From: Amoebophrya sp. A120
Taxonomy: Eukaryota > Protista > Dinoflagellata
Length of the DNA: 64,000 nt
Assembly (NCBI GenBank): GCA_905178155.1
Contig: CAJINV010000004.1
Location: forward strand, 11,501,114-11,565,113
Direction: 5' to 3'
The number at the start of each line of letters is the position of its first letter. Position 1 is the first letter of the stretch. Both the position numbers and the translations under genes were made by a program. Shown piece after piece: positions 12,901 through 26,482 of this stretch. The notes beneath the pieces were generated by a model. It searched no databases and was not told where the DNA came from. It saw only the letters and a list, made by a program, of their open reading frames with translations.

Positions 12901-15900
12901 GAGCGGCACCGTATCGGATTTGACCGGTGCGATTTTCTCGTCTGCAAAAAGTGCGAAAATGCGGATTGTCTGATGAAATCCGGTTGTGGAGACAACAAGC
13001 CGGACGTTGCCATGATCCGCGACGCGCTGCTCCCGCTGATATCAAATGTAAAAATGTCCGGGTCTGGAAAAGTGTAGACTTGGCATGCAGATTTTCCATG
13101 ACCCATGAGGTCTGGAATGCGAGACTTAGCATGACAGACTCTGCGAGGTCTCTGCCATGCCTATCCTGCACGAGAAACTTCCTTCCAACTTGGTCAAAAG
13201 TGTACCGCTTTTGACACTCATGCAACACAGATTTTTGCATGCTTCAGATTTACCATGACAAGTTGCAACTTTCCAGACCCAGACATTTTCGCAATCCATA
13301 GCTGATGCTGTACGACGAAACAGAGCGCAACGCGGAGTCCGAAAAACACTTGGTGATTTCCATCGACAGCATCGTGCAAGAGGGAGAAGAAATCCCGTGG
13401 TACACGCCGTATTGCTCGTGGGAGGAAACGCAGAAGAAAGCGGAGGAGCTCGCTCGAAAGCGGGAACAGGAGCGGGAGACGGCGGAGAGCAGCAAGAAAC
13501 TGACTGAAAAGGAGAAGGAGGTCGAGGACTTGCTAGAAAAGTTCAAGTCTGTCCCCCCGGTTTTCAAAAAGCGGTTGATCCCGTTAAATGACGAGCACAA
13601 AAAACTGGTTCTGGTCGGCGGAGGTGGTGGAAATCAAAATGGAGCAGGTACAACTACTGCGAAACAAACCGACAACCGTCCGACCGTCCAAGACTTCGAC
13701 ATTCTCTTCGACGAGACCAAAATCACGTTCCAGACCGTGCACGGGAAGAGCGGGAGGCTGCTGAGCGAATTGAGTAACCCGGAGTTGGTCACCCGAATTT
13801 TTGAGTTTTTGGATTTGAACGCGTTAAACAAGATATCGGTTTTGTCTCGCTCGTTCCGCGACTACACGAAGGTGTTTAAAGCGATGTTCTTGTCGTCGCA
13901 AAACGGCCGTTGCTGCTTTTTTACGAAGTCCGTCGCGGTGGATGACGCGAGCAAACTTGTGTTTGGCGATGAGGATGTTGACATCGAAATCGCGAAAAAG
14001 CCATCCTCTACTTCCAGCTCCCAGCCGAACAGGAACACCGGTGCTGGTAACAACCGTGATGCAAACCGTACGGCGCGGCAATCTGGTGGTCCCGGCAATA
14101 ACAACAGCAATCAACGACCCCGAGAGGTGGCCAGATTTCATTCCTTCGACTCCGACAGTGATATTGTGGAGGAATATGTCGAACCGACAGCACAGCGGGT
14201 CGGGAATAACAGCGGCCGCCAGCAAAATGATTTTCAAAGCAATCATGCCAACGTCCGCGAGCAGTTGCTGGAGCGCACCACGTTTCAGGACATGATGCAT
14301 TCCTACTCCAACTGGAATGTTAACAATGCGAACAGCGGGAGCAGTAACAACGGTGAGGGAATAGACAATCATCCCGGGCCCAAGCAACCCGCGGAAAACG
14401 CAATCGGCTGGTTTTCCGAACAGTTGATCAACATATGACAGTGCACAACTCCCCCGCCCCCGCATTTGTCATGCGAAATACCTAATCCACCCTTTGCCAC
14501 GTGGCACTGCTTGCATGACAAGTTCTGGTAGCCCAAATAGCACTTTGCTATGCAAAACCGGCATTTCTTACGGGTGCTTGTATTGCCGTTCACGCTATAC
14601 AAATGAGGGGGAGGGGGGGTTGTGCAGTGTTATACAACAGCGTGAACATGCACAAGGAGGGCCTGCTGGGCGTGTGCCTCGCGCTGCAGCAGAACGCGGA
14701 CAAGCGGAACTTGATGGAACTGATATGAATTGCAAAAGCATCGTACTAGTATGAATTGCGTTACAAATTTCCTCAGCGTGATAAATGGAATTTATAATGC
14801 TGATTGACCTTAAAAAAGAATTGTAATGCATGACTGCAATTACTACGAGTGCAATACTTTTACTTTTGCACTGGATAACTGAGCTGCAACTACGATTTGC
14901 TGAACCTGAAATCCTTCCGGGATCTGAAAGTACGGGAGACGGTGTGGAAGGAGGAGTTCCACTTCTGGCTTCCCATCGCGCACAACCAGTACCACTTCAC
15001 GCAGTCTTTGCCTTTATTGTTCGAGGGGCTGGAAATTCTGAACAGTGATTACTTGGCGAACGTGACGCAGTCACACGGCAATTTGAAGAAGAGTCTCCCG
15101 ATCGTGCGGCAACTGACGGAGAGTGGGGAAGTGGAAAACAAACCCGCGGACATGGATTCGGTGTTCTCGGAGCTGCTGGAAGAGTACGGACCGGAGTGCA
15201 CGCAATCCAAGGAAGTCTTCTACAACCTCCAAGAGTTCCAGGTCGGCAAGGAGAAGCAGAACAAGCCGAAGAAGCCGGTCACATGGGCCAAGGTGATGAA
15301 CAGCAAGCGGCTCGTATTCTGAGTAAAAACCTCCCCACCCCAGAGTTGTCATGCAAATCTGCATGCCAAGAACGTTGGTTTGTCATGCGGAGCACCATGA
15401 GAGGCATTTTTTTTTCGTGTTTTGGAATTTGTGATGCTATAATCAGCATGATATACGAGATCTGTGATGCTGCTGAACTACCTAAACAGGAATACACTAC
15501 GAGGACAAGCTTGTCATGCCAAACTACCAAAGCCGGCTGATTTGTCTAGCAGATTTCCCATCTTGACTCTGGTGTGCGGACGTTTTTACAAACGATAGCT
15601 CGTGTCCTACCGCGAATGGACCTTCTGCCGAAGCTTGATCCTCGACGAGTCGGTGTCCATTAAAGACTGCGTATCAAACAGAAAAATCCCCCCTCCCCAT
15701 ATCGAAATGGAAATCTGTGATGCAGGATTTGAGGCACCAAATCGACTTGTCATGCTAGAAGGCCAAGAGCCGCAGTCGTGGTCTCGTTTGCAGGCAATTT
15801 GTCATGCTGTTTCCCACTCTCAGCTGCCTCCTATCATGCTGAAGATGCAAGGCTCCCCACGCCACCCAGCACTACAGTCCGCATCTTTTCCCGTGTAGCA

Positions 15901-18094
15901 TGACAAAGCTGATTTGTGACAACAAATCTGCATCACAGATTTCCGTTTTGATATGGGGAGGGGGGATTTTTCCTTTTGATACTGCGAGAGGCTGATCGCA
16001 AAGGTTGCGAAATCTGGCCTCGGATACACGCGAACCTCGGCCGAATCGGGATCCTTGCTATTCTGCGAGTCGGACGAGGACAATTTGATTACGGAGGAAA
16101 TGTTTCCAACAATTAGTGCAGACCAACAACAAGACGACCTGCAGATGAATCCGCAGCAGCAGAACCGCACCAGACGTGGTCGGTTTTACACGGATTTGTT
16201 GTCGGATAGCACTTCTTCCCGGGAGCCTCAGATTTTCGCGGACGATCCGGTCACGGACAAACACGTGCGACAAGCGATCCTGTCCTCCCACGCCCCGGAT
16301 CCGAGTCGGTTGAGCGAGCCGGAGCAGCGGCAGCGGGCGAAAATTCTGCGGACCACAACTTTGCCGCTGTCCCTGGTGAAGGACGTGCTGTCCTTCTACC
16401 CCAAAATGCTGAACGTGCAGATGAAGAACGTGTTTGGCGGGCAGGTGCACGCGAGCGCGAAGACGTTGGAGGGCTACTGCGGGTTTCACCACCAATTTCT
16501 CTTACTGTGCGAGGACTTCCCGGTGATCCGCGAGGCGGTGGAGAACAAAATCGCGACCTTCGTCGGCGACGAGCACGAGCGGACCAAGTACAAAACGCCG
16601 AACATGGGCGAGTTTCTGTGTCTGCTCGCGGTGTCCGACAAGTACCGGTGGGAACACGTTGCGGAAGCCGCGCTGTTCGAGTCCTGGGACCGCCGCACGT
16701 TCTGGGTGACGGTGAAGGAAAACATGAGCGGAAACCCGAACCTGCAGGATTGCGGGAAGCTGGGGAAGGACTTGGCGCACTGGTTCTTCACACCGCACAA
16801 CCCAGTGGGGAACCGGACTTGGCTGTTCAACCACTGGTTCCTGAACATCGTCGCGCAACAAACCCACAAGCACAGCAAACTCGCAACTGGGGATAATGTT
16901 CATCTTGCGGGTGGTCGTGCTGCGGGTGATCCCTCGTCAACATCTGCTCTTAATATTAATCATGCGAAATTCTGCAAGAACACGTCTTCGGTGTTGAAAA
17001 TCTACGAGCGGACCAAGGGCATTCCGAGCAGTAAGTTAATTGAACAGCTCCAAGACGCAATGTTTTTCTTCTGCAACCACGTGAACGACTGGAACTCGTT
17101 CTTCTGCGCGGCGGGCTTCTATCCCATCAGCAACAAGCCGGTCGAGCCGGTTCCGGGCACCGCGCGGGCGCCGACATTGCTGGACGAAGTTTTCGGGGAC
17201 GCGATCGAAAACAGCTTCCGCAAGGGCTACACGCGGCAGCTGTTGGTTGATGGAAAACTGCACTACGAGAAGGATCGCGCGTCCTACAAGTACCCGCGCC
17301 GGCTGGAAAATTTGAAGCTCGCGGCAAGAGACGAGGCTTTGACCAGTAACGTGCTGATCGGGTTCGAGAGTGACAGTTACAAGCGGAATAATGGGAATAG
17401 TAGCTATGTGGATCGGAACAACACTTATTCATATGCTCGGGATAATCACCACCACAACTCGTACCGCGGGTCAAGCGGGGGCGGTGTCAAGCGCGGGCGC
17501 GACGAGGACGAGCACTACTCGTATAACCGCAGCTCCAATAATTATCGGGAGAATGACCGCGATTACGACCGAAACACGCGGCAGCGTACGGAGCGTGGAT
17601 ACAACAGTACAAGTGGTGGTGGTCGTGGGTACAGCTATGGTGATCGCGGTAACTACGACCGTAGCTCGCGTGAGCACCGCGACGAGCACCGACACTACAA
17701 TGACAGACACTCGGACCACCGAAACAACTACCAGTATGACCGCCACGGAACCTCGGCCGCGTCGAGCAGTCATGCCTACCGTGCTGATACTCAGCCGTGT
17801 TACGGAGCGTACGGGCGCGGGCCGTACGACTACTACCGCGCGATTCAGCGGGATTCCCGTACCGTCACCAATAACTACGGGTACGTCAACACGGTGCGCG
17901 GTGGGACGCCGACCGGCGTGCACGCCTACTACGACACGCGCGCCGGAGTCGCCGGGGCGAGTTCCTCAAGTGCGGTGCACCATCCGCAAGTGGTCCATCA
18001 TACGCAAGCGGTGTATCAACAGCCCGCGGTCTCGTCGAGCCAGGTGGCCTATCCACCGTTACGACCGGTCTTTGGCTGGGGACCACCGTACTAA
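9986..18094 (+). CDS. Large protein with N-terminal ubiquitin-conjugating (E2) domain, Cys-rich finger, F-box-like segment and Y/R/D/G-rich tail; 7 exons
   Basis: ALKRLMRDLQEL...FPADYPANPP...HPNVFPTYICLDML (E2 with catalytic Cys). ELVTRIFEFLDLNALNKISVLSRSF is F-box-like. The frame is continuous after removing six TAT...ATA elements (11644, 13040, 14434, 14724, 15315, 15672). Confidence 0.85.
11644..12504. mobile_element. Introner-like non-canonical intron, long form carrying a tandem palindrome array
   Basis: TSD AACGC/AACGC. Ends TATCCCACAGAAAAAA...TTTTTTCTGTGTGATA. Removal gives ASANATPVKT. Confidence 0.85.
11738..12412. repeat. Tandem array of about 13 units of 52 bp, each with a 24-bp palindrome
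   Basis: Core CTTAAGTCGTTCGAACGACTTAAG or CTTAAGTCGTGCGAACTACTTAAG at 11738, 11790, 11842, 11894, 11946, 11998, about 12045, 12104, 12156, 12208, 12260, 12306 and 12358. Confidence 0.95.
13040..13300. mobile_element. Introner family A
   Basis: TSD GCTGA/GCTGA. TIR core ATGTCCGGGTCTGGAAA / TTTCCAGACCCAGACAT. Removal gives LLPLMLYDE. Confidence 0.9.
14434..14634. mobile_element. Introner with poly-C/poly-G TIR
   Basis: TSD CAACA/CAACA. TIR of about 36 bp, TATGACAGTGCACAACTCCCCC. Removal gives QLINSVNMHK. Confidence 0.9.
14724..14877. mobile_element. Short AT-rich introner
   Basis: TSD ACTGA/ACTGA. Ends TATGAATTGCAAAAG...CTTTTGCACTGGATA. Removal gives LMELSCNYDLL. Confidence 0.85.
15315..15597. 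mobile_element. Introner family C
   Basis: TSD GCTCG/GCTCG. Ends TATTCTGAGTAAAAACCTCCCCACC...GGACGTTTTTACAAACGATA. Removal gives SKRLVSYRE. Confidence 0.85.
15672..15981. mobile_element. Introner family B
   Basis: TSD CTGCG/CTGCG. Long TIR with AAAAATCCCCCCTCCCCATATCGAAATGGAAATCTGTGATGC. Removal gives IKDCERLIAK. Confidence 0.9.
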
Positions 18095-19733
18095 CCGGGG
18101 GTCGTCGCACCCGCAAAACTCTTGAGTATCGGGACCACCACAGTCGATTGGAATCTTCTTCCTTATTGTCTGAAGGTGCATAATTCTCGCCCTTGATTTA
18201 AGCCAGTTTCTCTCTCTTTGTGTGTAATGGTGACTTTTTACGTGCGCTATGGGTTCAACAATCGACTCCTGTACACAAATTTTGCAAAATTGTAATGTGA
18301 TTTCACTAGTAGCTCTAGTTCTAAAAGTATGCAAAAGGACGAGCCGACTCTTCTGTTGATTTGTGGGGCCTGCAAAAGGAATAGTTGACGGGTTTTCAAT
18401 CATCTTTGTTGGCTTTTCGCTGGGCTGGGCGTCTCTCATTAATGCGTAGTATGTCGTGGGTATCTTTTTTGCAAAGTTCAAAGAACGTACGAGCACAGAT
18501 AGAAAGTGAGATGCAGACTCGAGTAGCTGAAATTTAGGATTTTTTACCACGTTGGAAAAATGACTCTCGCACAATGCTCAACAATGCGTAAAGATGTATG
18601 TGTACTTGCTTGACGTAATTTACTATGTGACGACAAATGGTTCCCGCTTGATATTGGCATTTATTTCTTACCACGACGGCACAAATTTGCACAGTAGCCG
18701 CTTTGAGACGTAAAAAACAAACACAGTCTATGTTGTCGCTGACAGTACTTATTCAGTTTTAGAAAACAAAAACTTCTGGCAGTTCGCCGGTCGTAATTCT
18801 CGTAAATTTTTACCGTTTCAAACATTTTTGGCAATTTAACAGTTTACAACTCTACGAAGTTCTCTCTTCACTGAATCTATTTTCTTGCCGCTTCAATGCG
18901 GAATTTGAATTTCTTTACCAAGTATCACTCCGATATTTTTTCTGTACGATAGATTCTTTTGTTTTCATTCTATTTTCAAATTTTGTTTTCTTTGGAATTC
19001 CGTACGCTCAAAACTATTTTCCTTTGGACAAAAAGTTGCAAAAAAATCCAAAAAATCAAATCCCGACCGCTAGCGGCGCTGCGGCAGCACTGAGACTCGG
19101 ACTTAAAGCTTGCCGGTCGCCGCTGCGAAAAGTTTATCGCGGTGGGGTGGAACCCAACCTCTGATCTTGAAATCGGTCGTGATGAGAAAATCGCAAAAGT
19201 GAGATCCGTCGACAAGAAAAAAAAAAGATCCCTTTAGATGTGAGCTGCAGAAGATCTTCGGATCTATTGTCCGCTGCACTTCGTCCGAAATTGATGGATC
19301 TCGATCCAGTTCTTTGAGCAAACGTAAAAGTCAAATAGTAATTTGTGATCGTGAATGCAAGGAGCTTGGAGCATGAGGATCCGTTTCTGGAAGTTCACCG
19401 CCCTGTACAGCGGGCAGATCTCAGGAAATCTCACCGTCTAGCTGATCGTCATCTTAGTGTGATGTTGTGTCGAAGTGTAGTCCGCCTTCTCTACTACGCT
19501 CAAGGATACAGGTACAGGACACTGATGTAGAGATGTTTCTATCTAAGTGCTTCGCAATAGTGATTTTCTCTATGCAGTGTATCTGGCCGCGCTGTGGTTT
19601 AGCTCTCAACTAGAAATCTTATTTGTGTAGTTTGTTTTTACAATTAAACCTACGCGGGCTACGAATTGTTGATTTTCGTTTTCCCTTCACAAAGACAAAT
19701 TAGCACCCTTTCGTTCTTGCATCAGAGGACAAA

Positions 19734-22700
19734 ATGGACGAAAATTTCTTGGATCATTTCCACCAGCTCGCGACGACGGTGCCGGAGCCACGATGCAGAG
19801 CGGGATTTCAGATCGTATTTTATTAGACTTCAAAATGATGAAAATGAAAAATGCATCCCTGCATGACAAAATTTTTTACCAACTTCCTTTTGCATCAAAA
19901 ATTGTTCATCTTTCAAATATTCACAAACAGATCCACCGCATGGAGCGCGACGAGAAAAAAGCCGAATACGCGCTCACTCGTCTGGTTCGCGGTCTGGTTT
20001 CCGCAAATGGCGCCGCACGACAGGGATTCGCGACAACGTTGGCTGAGTTGCTCGCCCGGCACCCTGAGCAGATTAGCGACACTTTGGCCCTGGCGGAGCA
20101 ACAGTAAATACGATTTGATTTCAAGAAAAGGTTTCGCTTTTGTAGTTCAGTGGCACACAAAGAACAGTTCGTTTTGCAATTTCTCATTTTTCAAAAAAAA
20201 GAAAATCCTTTCCACAACCTCAATCCGCAGGTTCCGCAAGGACAACGATGCAGTTGCGGCATCCGACCGGGACGTCTTGCTTGGCCGGTTGTGCCTTTAC
20301 AAGGCAGTTCTGAGTGTCGACGCGGAGCTGAGCAGCAAAATCGAGCTCAAGGTTGTTTCCGGTTTACGGGAACTGTTTCACGCGAAATCCTACCTGCAGG
20401 CACCGGCAACCCGAACGTTGCTGAGTTACTTAGAAAATATCAACCAAGATAAAACTAGCAAAGCCGACCGTGTCGCCGCCTTGGCCCGGTTTTTCATCGT
20501 CAACGGCGAGAAAGAATTGCTCCTTTCTGAAGGAAAAGCAAAGCCTTTACTCGCGGGGGAAGTGAAGAACATGCACCACATGGGACTGGTTCTGGCGCTG
20601 AGAAATGCTGGTGGGAAAAGCAAGAACCCATTAAAGCAGAAGTTGCCGAACGTAGCCGAGAAGGGGAAGAACCTGAACAGTTTGCTGCACTACTTGGTGC
20701 AGTATCTGAAGCCGAACAAGGAAAATTACACCGACTACCAGCCCTGGTTCTTCGAATTTCTCTTGCAGGAGTTGTATCCGATAGTAGCGGCCGAAGGAAC
20801 ATCAGACCAGAATCTTGCAGCGGCGGATAACATCAAAGCGACCTACTTCACGGAAGCGGAGCAGGTCAGCAACTTGCTCTTCGATGCCATTTCCAAAGCG
20901 CTGCACACGACGGCGATCATTTCCCAACAAGACCAGCAGGAAACTACAAATGAGAAAAGCAACAAAAACAACAAAATCCACGCGAAGCAGCACAAGGAGC
21001 GACTGACCCAGTCGGAGCACGTGACGAAAAAGTGTCTTGCTCTGCTCCAACTTTCCCTCGAACACCTGAAATCCGCGACCGCCGGCGCCGCCGCGCTTCC
21101 CGCACTGTGGAAGTCCTGCTTGGTGCAGGCGTTTTGCGCCTCGCTAGCGAGCGCGAGCAACAAAAAGCAAACCAAGAACGAGGCGAACGAAATTTTGGAA
21201 AAAACGGTTCGGAAGTGCTTTGTGGCAACTGGAGAGGAAAAGAACAGTTTCGCCTGCGCGGATCTGGAGCTGAAGGACAAATATTTCTACCAGGCGTACG
21301 AAAATTTGGTGAGACTCCAAGAGTACAAGCAGCTGCCCCCCCGACTGCAGCGCAGCTTGCTGTCCCTGTTGGTTTCTCGGCTCTCCGTGGAGAAGGCGAA
21401 CTTAGTTGCGGTGAAGGTCTTGAACGTGCAGAACAGTGTCAGTAGTACCAAGCTAGCGTCAGCTGGTTCCGCACCGACACATCTCCACTTCCTCGAACCA
21501 GAATTGATCCACGCGCTCACCGCGCACCCGAAGGCTTCTCGGCACGTGCAATTGGCGAGCTTGGCGGCGTTTTTGCTCCACTTCGCGAACCCAACTGCGG
21601 ACGCGAAGAGGGAAGCACAGAAAGTGCTGGACAGCACTTCGGTAGGTGCGGAAAACAAGAACGGTAGTAGTATCCAACTGGCAGCAATGGTTATCGCCGG
21701 ACAAAAAGTGCCAGAAGAAAAGCAGAAGGTGTGGCGCGCGCAGTTCTGGAAGCTGCTGAATTCGGTATTGAAAAAGTGCAGCAAAGTACAGGACCGCTTG
21801 CTAATCCTCCGCTTTGTGTACTTGTTCCGGACAGAGAAGTCACTTCCCAACATCCCGGAAAGCGTCCAACTGCTCGACCGGGAAATGAGCGACGGCGCGG
21901 GGTCCACTGCTTCTTCGGCGAGCACCGGCTCTTTGCTGCAGCTGATGCTGTCCGTGCAGTGCGTGCAGGGACTGGAGGAGGGAAGTAGGGAGAAAATGGA
22001 AGAAACGCTGGAACAATTAGGCAGTTTGGTCACCTTTTCACCACCAGCAGGGAAAAAGCAGAAGAAAAACAAGGACTCGAACAACAGTAAATCTACTTCT
22101 ACCTCCCAGAGCTGCGCTTCTGTGGACGCCGCGGGCGTGGCGGAGTTTCTGCCGCAGTTGTATGCGGACATGCAGGGCTTTGTGAAGGAAGCCGTCGAGC
22201 GCTGTTGGACGGACATTCTGCCCCCGCTTTTCCAAGATTTCGATAATGAGGTACTATTATAAATAAAGATTCTCTTTATTTCCTTCTATTTCTCGTGATT
22301 TGCTTCGTAAATTCCTAGACCATAACGGATACTTCGGAAACAAATTGCATACCGATCACATCACAAAAAATTCTGACAGGCCGATCCCGCGATGGCAGAG
22401 GAGTTAAAAACCGCGGTGAAATACGTTTCCAGCGACAGCGTCGCCCGGTCCCGGGGGATGATGATGTTACTGGCATTATGCGGAACTCTGTTCGACGAGC
22501 AGGTTCAACAGGAGGACGAGGATGCCGAGGGATCCGATGTTGGCAGCGACGACGAGGATGTGGAGGTCGGGAACAAAGAAGTATCGGAGGACGATAATGA
22601 CGGGGAAGATGATGATGATGAGCACGCGGATGAAAATCAAAAGGTTAAATCATCAGACCGACAGCTAGAGGACAGTTCCACTGCAGCTGGAGTTCCTTCA

Positions 22701-24613
22701 TCCACTGGTGCTCCACCAACAACCTCGACCACCGCGAACCCCTTTGAAGAAATAGCGGTGGCGGATGAGGAGCAGCTCCTCACGATCCTCACGGAGGACG
22801 ACGCAAACGAGGAGATGAAGCAGCTGGGGCAAGCCTTCGGTGTGAACAACGAAACCAACCCGAAGATGGCGGACCAGCACCGGCGGCAGCAGGAATTGAA
22901 GAGTCACTTGGCAAACATCGTGAAGCAGATCAAATATCTCGATTTGCTGCAGGGCTATTTGGACTTCGCGGTTTGTTCGGGAAGTTCGAGTTCCAGTGGC
23001 AGCAGCGGTGGTAAAGCTATTGACACGGAGTTGCCGCTGTTCGCGTTGGACATTCTGCAGCAGCTTTTTGACGCGTTGAAGGTGGCGAGCAAACGGTGCG
23101 CGAAGCTGACCAGCGGGAAGGGTCAGCAGCACAACGTAAACGCCGAGTGCACGAGCAAGTTGCGAGACATCGTGCGGAAGAACTGCGAGAAGGTGCTCCG
23201 GAAGGTGCCAGAGAGCTTGCGAAAAAACTTCGGGGAGCACGTGGTGTCGGTGTGTCAGCACCAAAGGAAGAAGCTCCCCGCGCTCTTCGAAGCGGGAGGA
23301 ATCGCTGCGGTCAGTGCATTGGCGGGAGCGGAAGGGGGAGCTGTTTCTGCTGCTGGAGGATCGTCTTCCTCGTCGAGCTGTACTAGCGGGGACAATACCT
23401 CAGCTGCCCGAAGCACAGCAAGGCTGCAAGGAACGGTTGTGAAAGGTACTTCATTGCTTTTTTTTGTTGCTCATCTTTAGGCATGCGCATCGTATCTGTT
23501 TTTACTGTGTACTATTGCTGTTCTGTGGGCAGCGCGAGTCCTCGACTGATTCTGGCAGGCAAGAATTATGAAACAACTAGCGTCCCGGTTTGTCCTCGCA
23601 CTCAGGGAATGTCTTGAGCATTTTTTTCCAAAATCTTCAACCTAAAACCCCATTCCAGACACCCTGCTTCACTGGATCAAGAAGGACGACACGAAGTGGG
23701 CGCCAACGTTCCTGAAAGCCGTAAGCGACCGGTTTCCCGCGACGTTTGTGGACTTTGATTTCGAAGATTTATTCAAAACCGAGGGCGCAAAGCCGTACTG
23801 CAAAAACGAGATTCGCAGCTTCCTGGTGCACCTATTGCAGCGAAATTACAAGAACATGGTATAGAGGTTGTGATTTTAGTGTTTTTTTTTGTGTCTGTAG
23901 TGGTTTCAATCTTTCTCAGCACCTTGCCGTAGTGGAGCTTGGTTTCTCTCCACGAGTTTTGGTAGTAGCACTTGCAAGCGGTCTCAGCATGGCAAATCTT
24001 TTGTGCGACATCATCCCAGGTTCTCCTACGAAAAACCGACACCCTCGTCCACCTCTGCCTGGACGCAATGGACAACAAGAAAACCGCGGAATTAGCCGGG
24101 AAAGACTTACTGCACATCCTTGAATGCTGTCTGAAGTCCCCAGCGACAGTGGGAATTATGGAGAAGCAGCGAATAGAGGAACGCACGGCGGGATTGAGGC
24201 AGCAGCTGCAGGATAAGAATTTGAAGAACAAGGTGTACAAGATGCTGTGCCAAGCGGAGAAGTTAATTGCCAAGCTTCCAGAATACCAGGTCAAGCCTGT
24301 AGCGACACCTTCCACGACGGCAGATAAGGGAGCAGTCACGCCAATAACTTCCATTGCAGAGAAAAAGCAAACCCCAGCGACCACTGCAGCACCAGCGACC
24401 ATTGGTGGAAGCAAAAAGCGAAAACGAAGTAAATCCTTCGATGAGGAAGCGAAGGCCGGCGCGGTGATAGAAACGAAGGCAACAGAGGGGGGAGAACAAG
24501 CGGCATCAGGAGCTAGCCTCGATGCTGGGAGAAAGGGCAGCGCCGGAGAGGGGCAAGAAGTGACTGCAAACCCACCCGCAAAGAAGAAGAAAAAGAAGAA
24601 CAAGAAAGTTTGA
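19734..24613 (+). CDS. MYBBP1A: MYB-binding protein 1A / DNA polymerase V (Pol5) family nucleolar protein; 6 exons
   Basis: MDENFLDHFHQLA and YALTRLVRGLVSANGAARQGFATTLAELL signature, acidic linker, Lys-rich tail. GT-AG introns 19815-19930, 20104-20230, 22251-22379, 23446-23658 and 23859-24019 keep the frame. Confidence 0.8.
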
Positions 24614-25210
24614 GTTCTTGTTTCCATTGTGTAAATGCCATCATTGGAAATTCACATTCAACTGATTTCATATGCGCAGATCAATCATGTCGGGGTGCAA
24701 GACTAAGACTCTTGTACATCTGTTATGTATATATACTACAATGACTTTCTCCTAAGGGAATTCGATGCGCTTTTCAGTGGCAGCCCCTGTCCTTGAAGGA
24801 GTTTGTTGCGCAAGAGCGCTTTCTCTGTGTTCAGTTGTTTGTAGCAAATCGTCGCTCGTAATCGTAATCGTATTTATTAATTTGTTTCGCGTGGGACAGC
24901 TTGTACTCAATGAATGTCGCTTCTGTCTTCATCGAATGAAATTGAAGGATTGAATAAACGAGTGAAACGGGCAAACGAGAGATGAGGAGCATCAAGTGTT
25001 GCAGCGCTTTTTGGCAAAGCTCTCGTTTCGTGAACTGCTGTCTCAATTGAAATACCTCATCAACAGAAAGAGAATATTTTCGACATTTTAGAATTTGAGA
25101 ATAAGTCGGCAAATTCAATTTGCGAAGACAAGCACCACATGATGCGGGCCGCGGGCGTCCCGGTCCGGGGGCCAATTACGGACAAGGAGACCACGCTCTT
25201 CTCCCTACCA

Positions 25211-26482
25211 ATGCGGGTCCTTCCCCTCGTCCTCGCGCTGCATCTGGCGCAAACTTTCGCTTCCCCAGTCCAGGCCAACCTGCGGGGAACCAAATCGGGT
25301 GTCGGTCCGGACTCGCCCGCTTCGGCGCCAACCTCTGCGTTGCAGGAACCACCGAAGCAACGCAACAGCAAGTTTTTCGGCTTCATGGTGCGGCAGAACG
25401 TGAACTTTCTGGAAGCCGGTTTTTCCCCGCAGCACCTCGCGCTGACGAACAGCATGCTGGCGGACAAGCGGAACGGCGCGACTTACGACGATCGCGCGCA
25501 AACTGTCATCGCCACGTACGAATCCGGCCTGTTTGACGAGTTTTTGCGGAACGACCGGAACCAGGACTACCAACTGGACCGCGGCGAGTGCCCCATGTTG
25601 CACATCCCCCCGGGCGGCTTCGGGTTGGACATCAGCGCTTTTGCCAAGTCGTGTACGGAGAAGATCGAGGCGTCGTTTCTGCAAACCGGGGTCGGGGTCG
25701 ACGGGGAAAGCGGTGCGGCCGCGAGTACGGAGGTCGCGTCCAGCGGGAACTCGTTTGTGCAGACGCAGCGATTGGAGTTACCACAGTGGATATCGTGCTG
25801 CCTGTGGCCGGAGGAGGCCGTCGCGGAGGAGAAGAATAATGAGTATGTCTTCATCAATATCTTGAGAGTGTGAAAGTGAATCTTAGAAATCTGCATCATG
25901 TGACCCGCAACCACACCCACCATATCAATGAATTTAGGTTGCGGACAGATACCCGTCATATCCTGTGTAAAAACGTACCCGCTCTATAGTCATGCTAGTC
26001 GGTGTCGGACGAGCATGAGACTTGTTAGAATTACACAATTCCGGGACTTTTCGAAGCCACGCACGACACACTTCGGCCCGCAGCTTTGTCGTGACTGGCT
26101 AGCACAGTCACATCCCAAATCCGCGGCGTCATCCTGATTTATTAGATCACACCAAAGGAAATGCCTGGGATAGATAGTGAGCCGCATGATGGAGCTCCGG
26201 CACATGCGAGATTTGCCTGACAAGTCGGGGCGGAGTACGTTTTTGCTCAGGATACATACCTCCGACGAGTACCGTTGGGAGGACGTGGGAAACAGGGTAT
26301 GGCAAGACGAAAAGGGATTTTTCGCGGAAGAGGGGCCGGAAGAAGGGGATATTTGGGTAAGTGTTGTGCTTTGCTGCTTCATTTTTCTCGTCACTTCTAT
26401 CGTTGCCACCGTCGTCTATTGTGATGATGGCGGAGGCGGGCCACATGTCCACGTCAACCAAAGTACAGAAGCTCGGTCGTGA
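25211..26482 (+). CDS. Hypothetical secreted protein, 3' end uncertain
   Basis: Signal-peptide-like MRVLPLVLALHLAQTFA. GT-AG intron 25843-25937, 21-nt exon, then introner 25959-26254, joining SDEYRWEDVGNRVW. Possible further donor at 26357. Confidence 0.55.
25959..26254. mobile_element. Introner family C with decayed TSD
   Basis: Ends TATCCTGTGTAAAAACGTAC...GTACGTTTTTGCTCAGGATA; the right end matches that of 42016-42235. Flanks CGTCA/CATAC. Removing it plus 5 nt keeps the frame. Confidence 0.7.

Noticed and set aside
19060-19320. Structured ncRNA (AGATC-TTCG-GATCT hairpin and other short stems)
   Set aside because: Short stems only and no recognisable RNA family; it would need an Rfam search.
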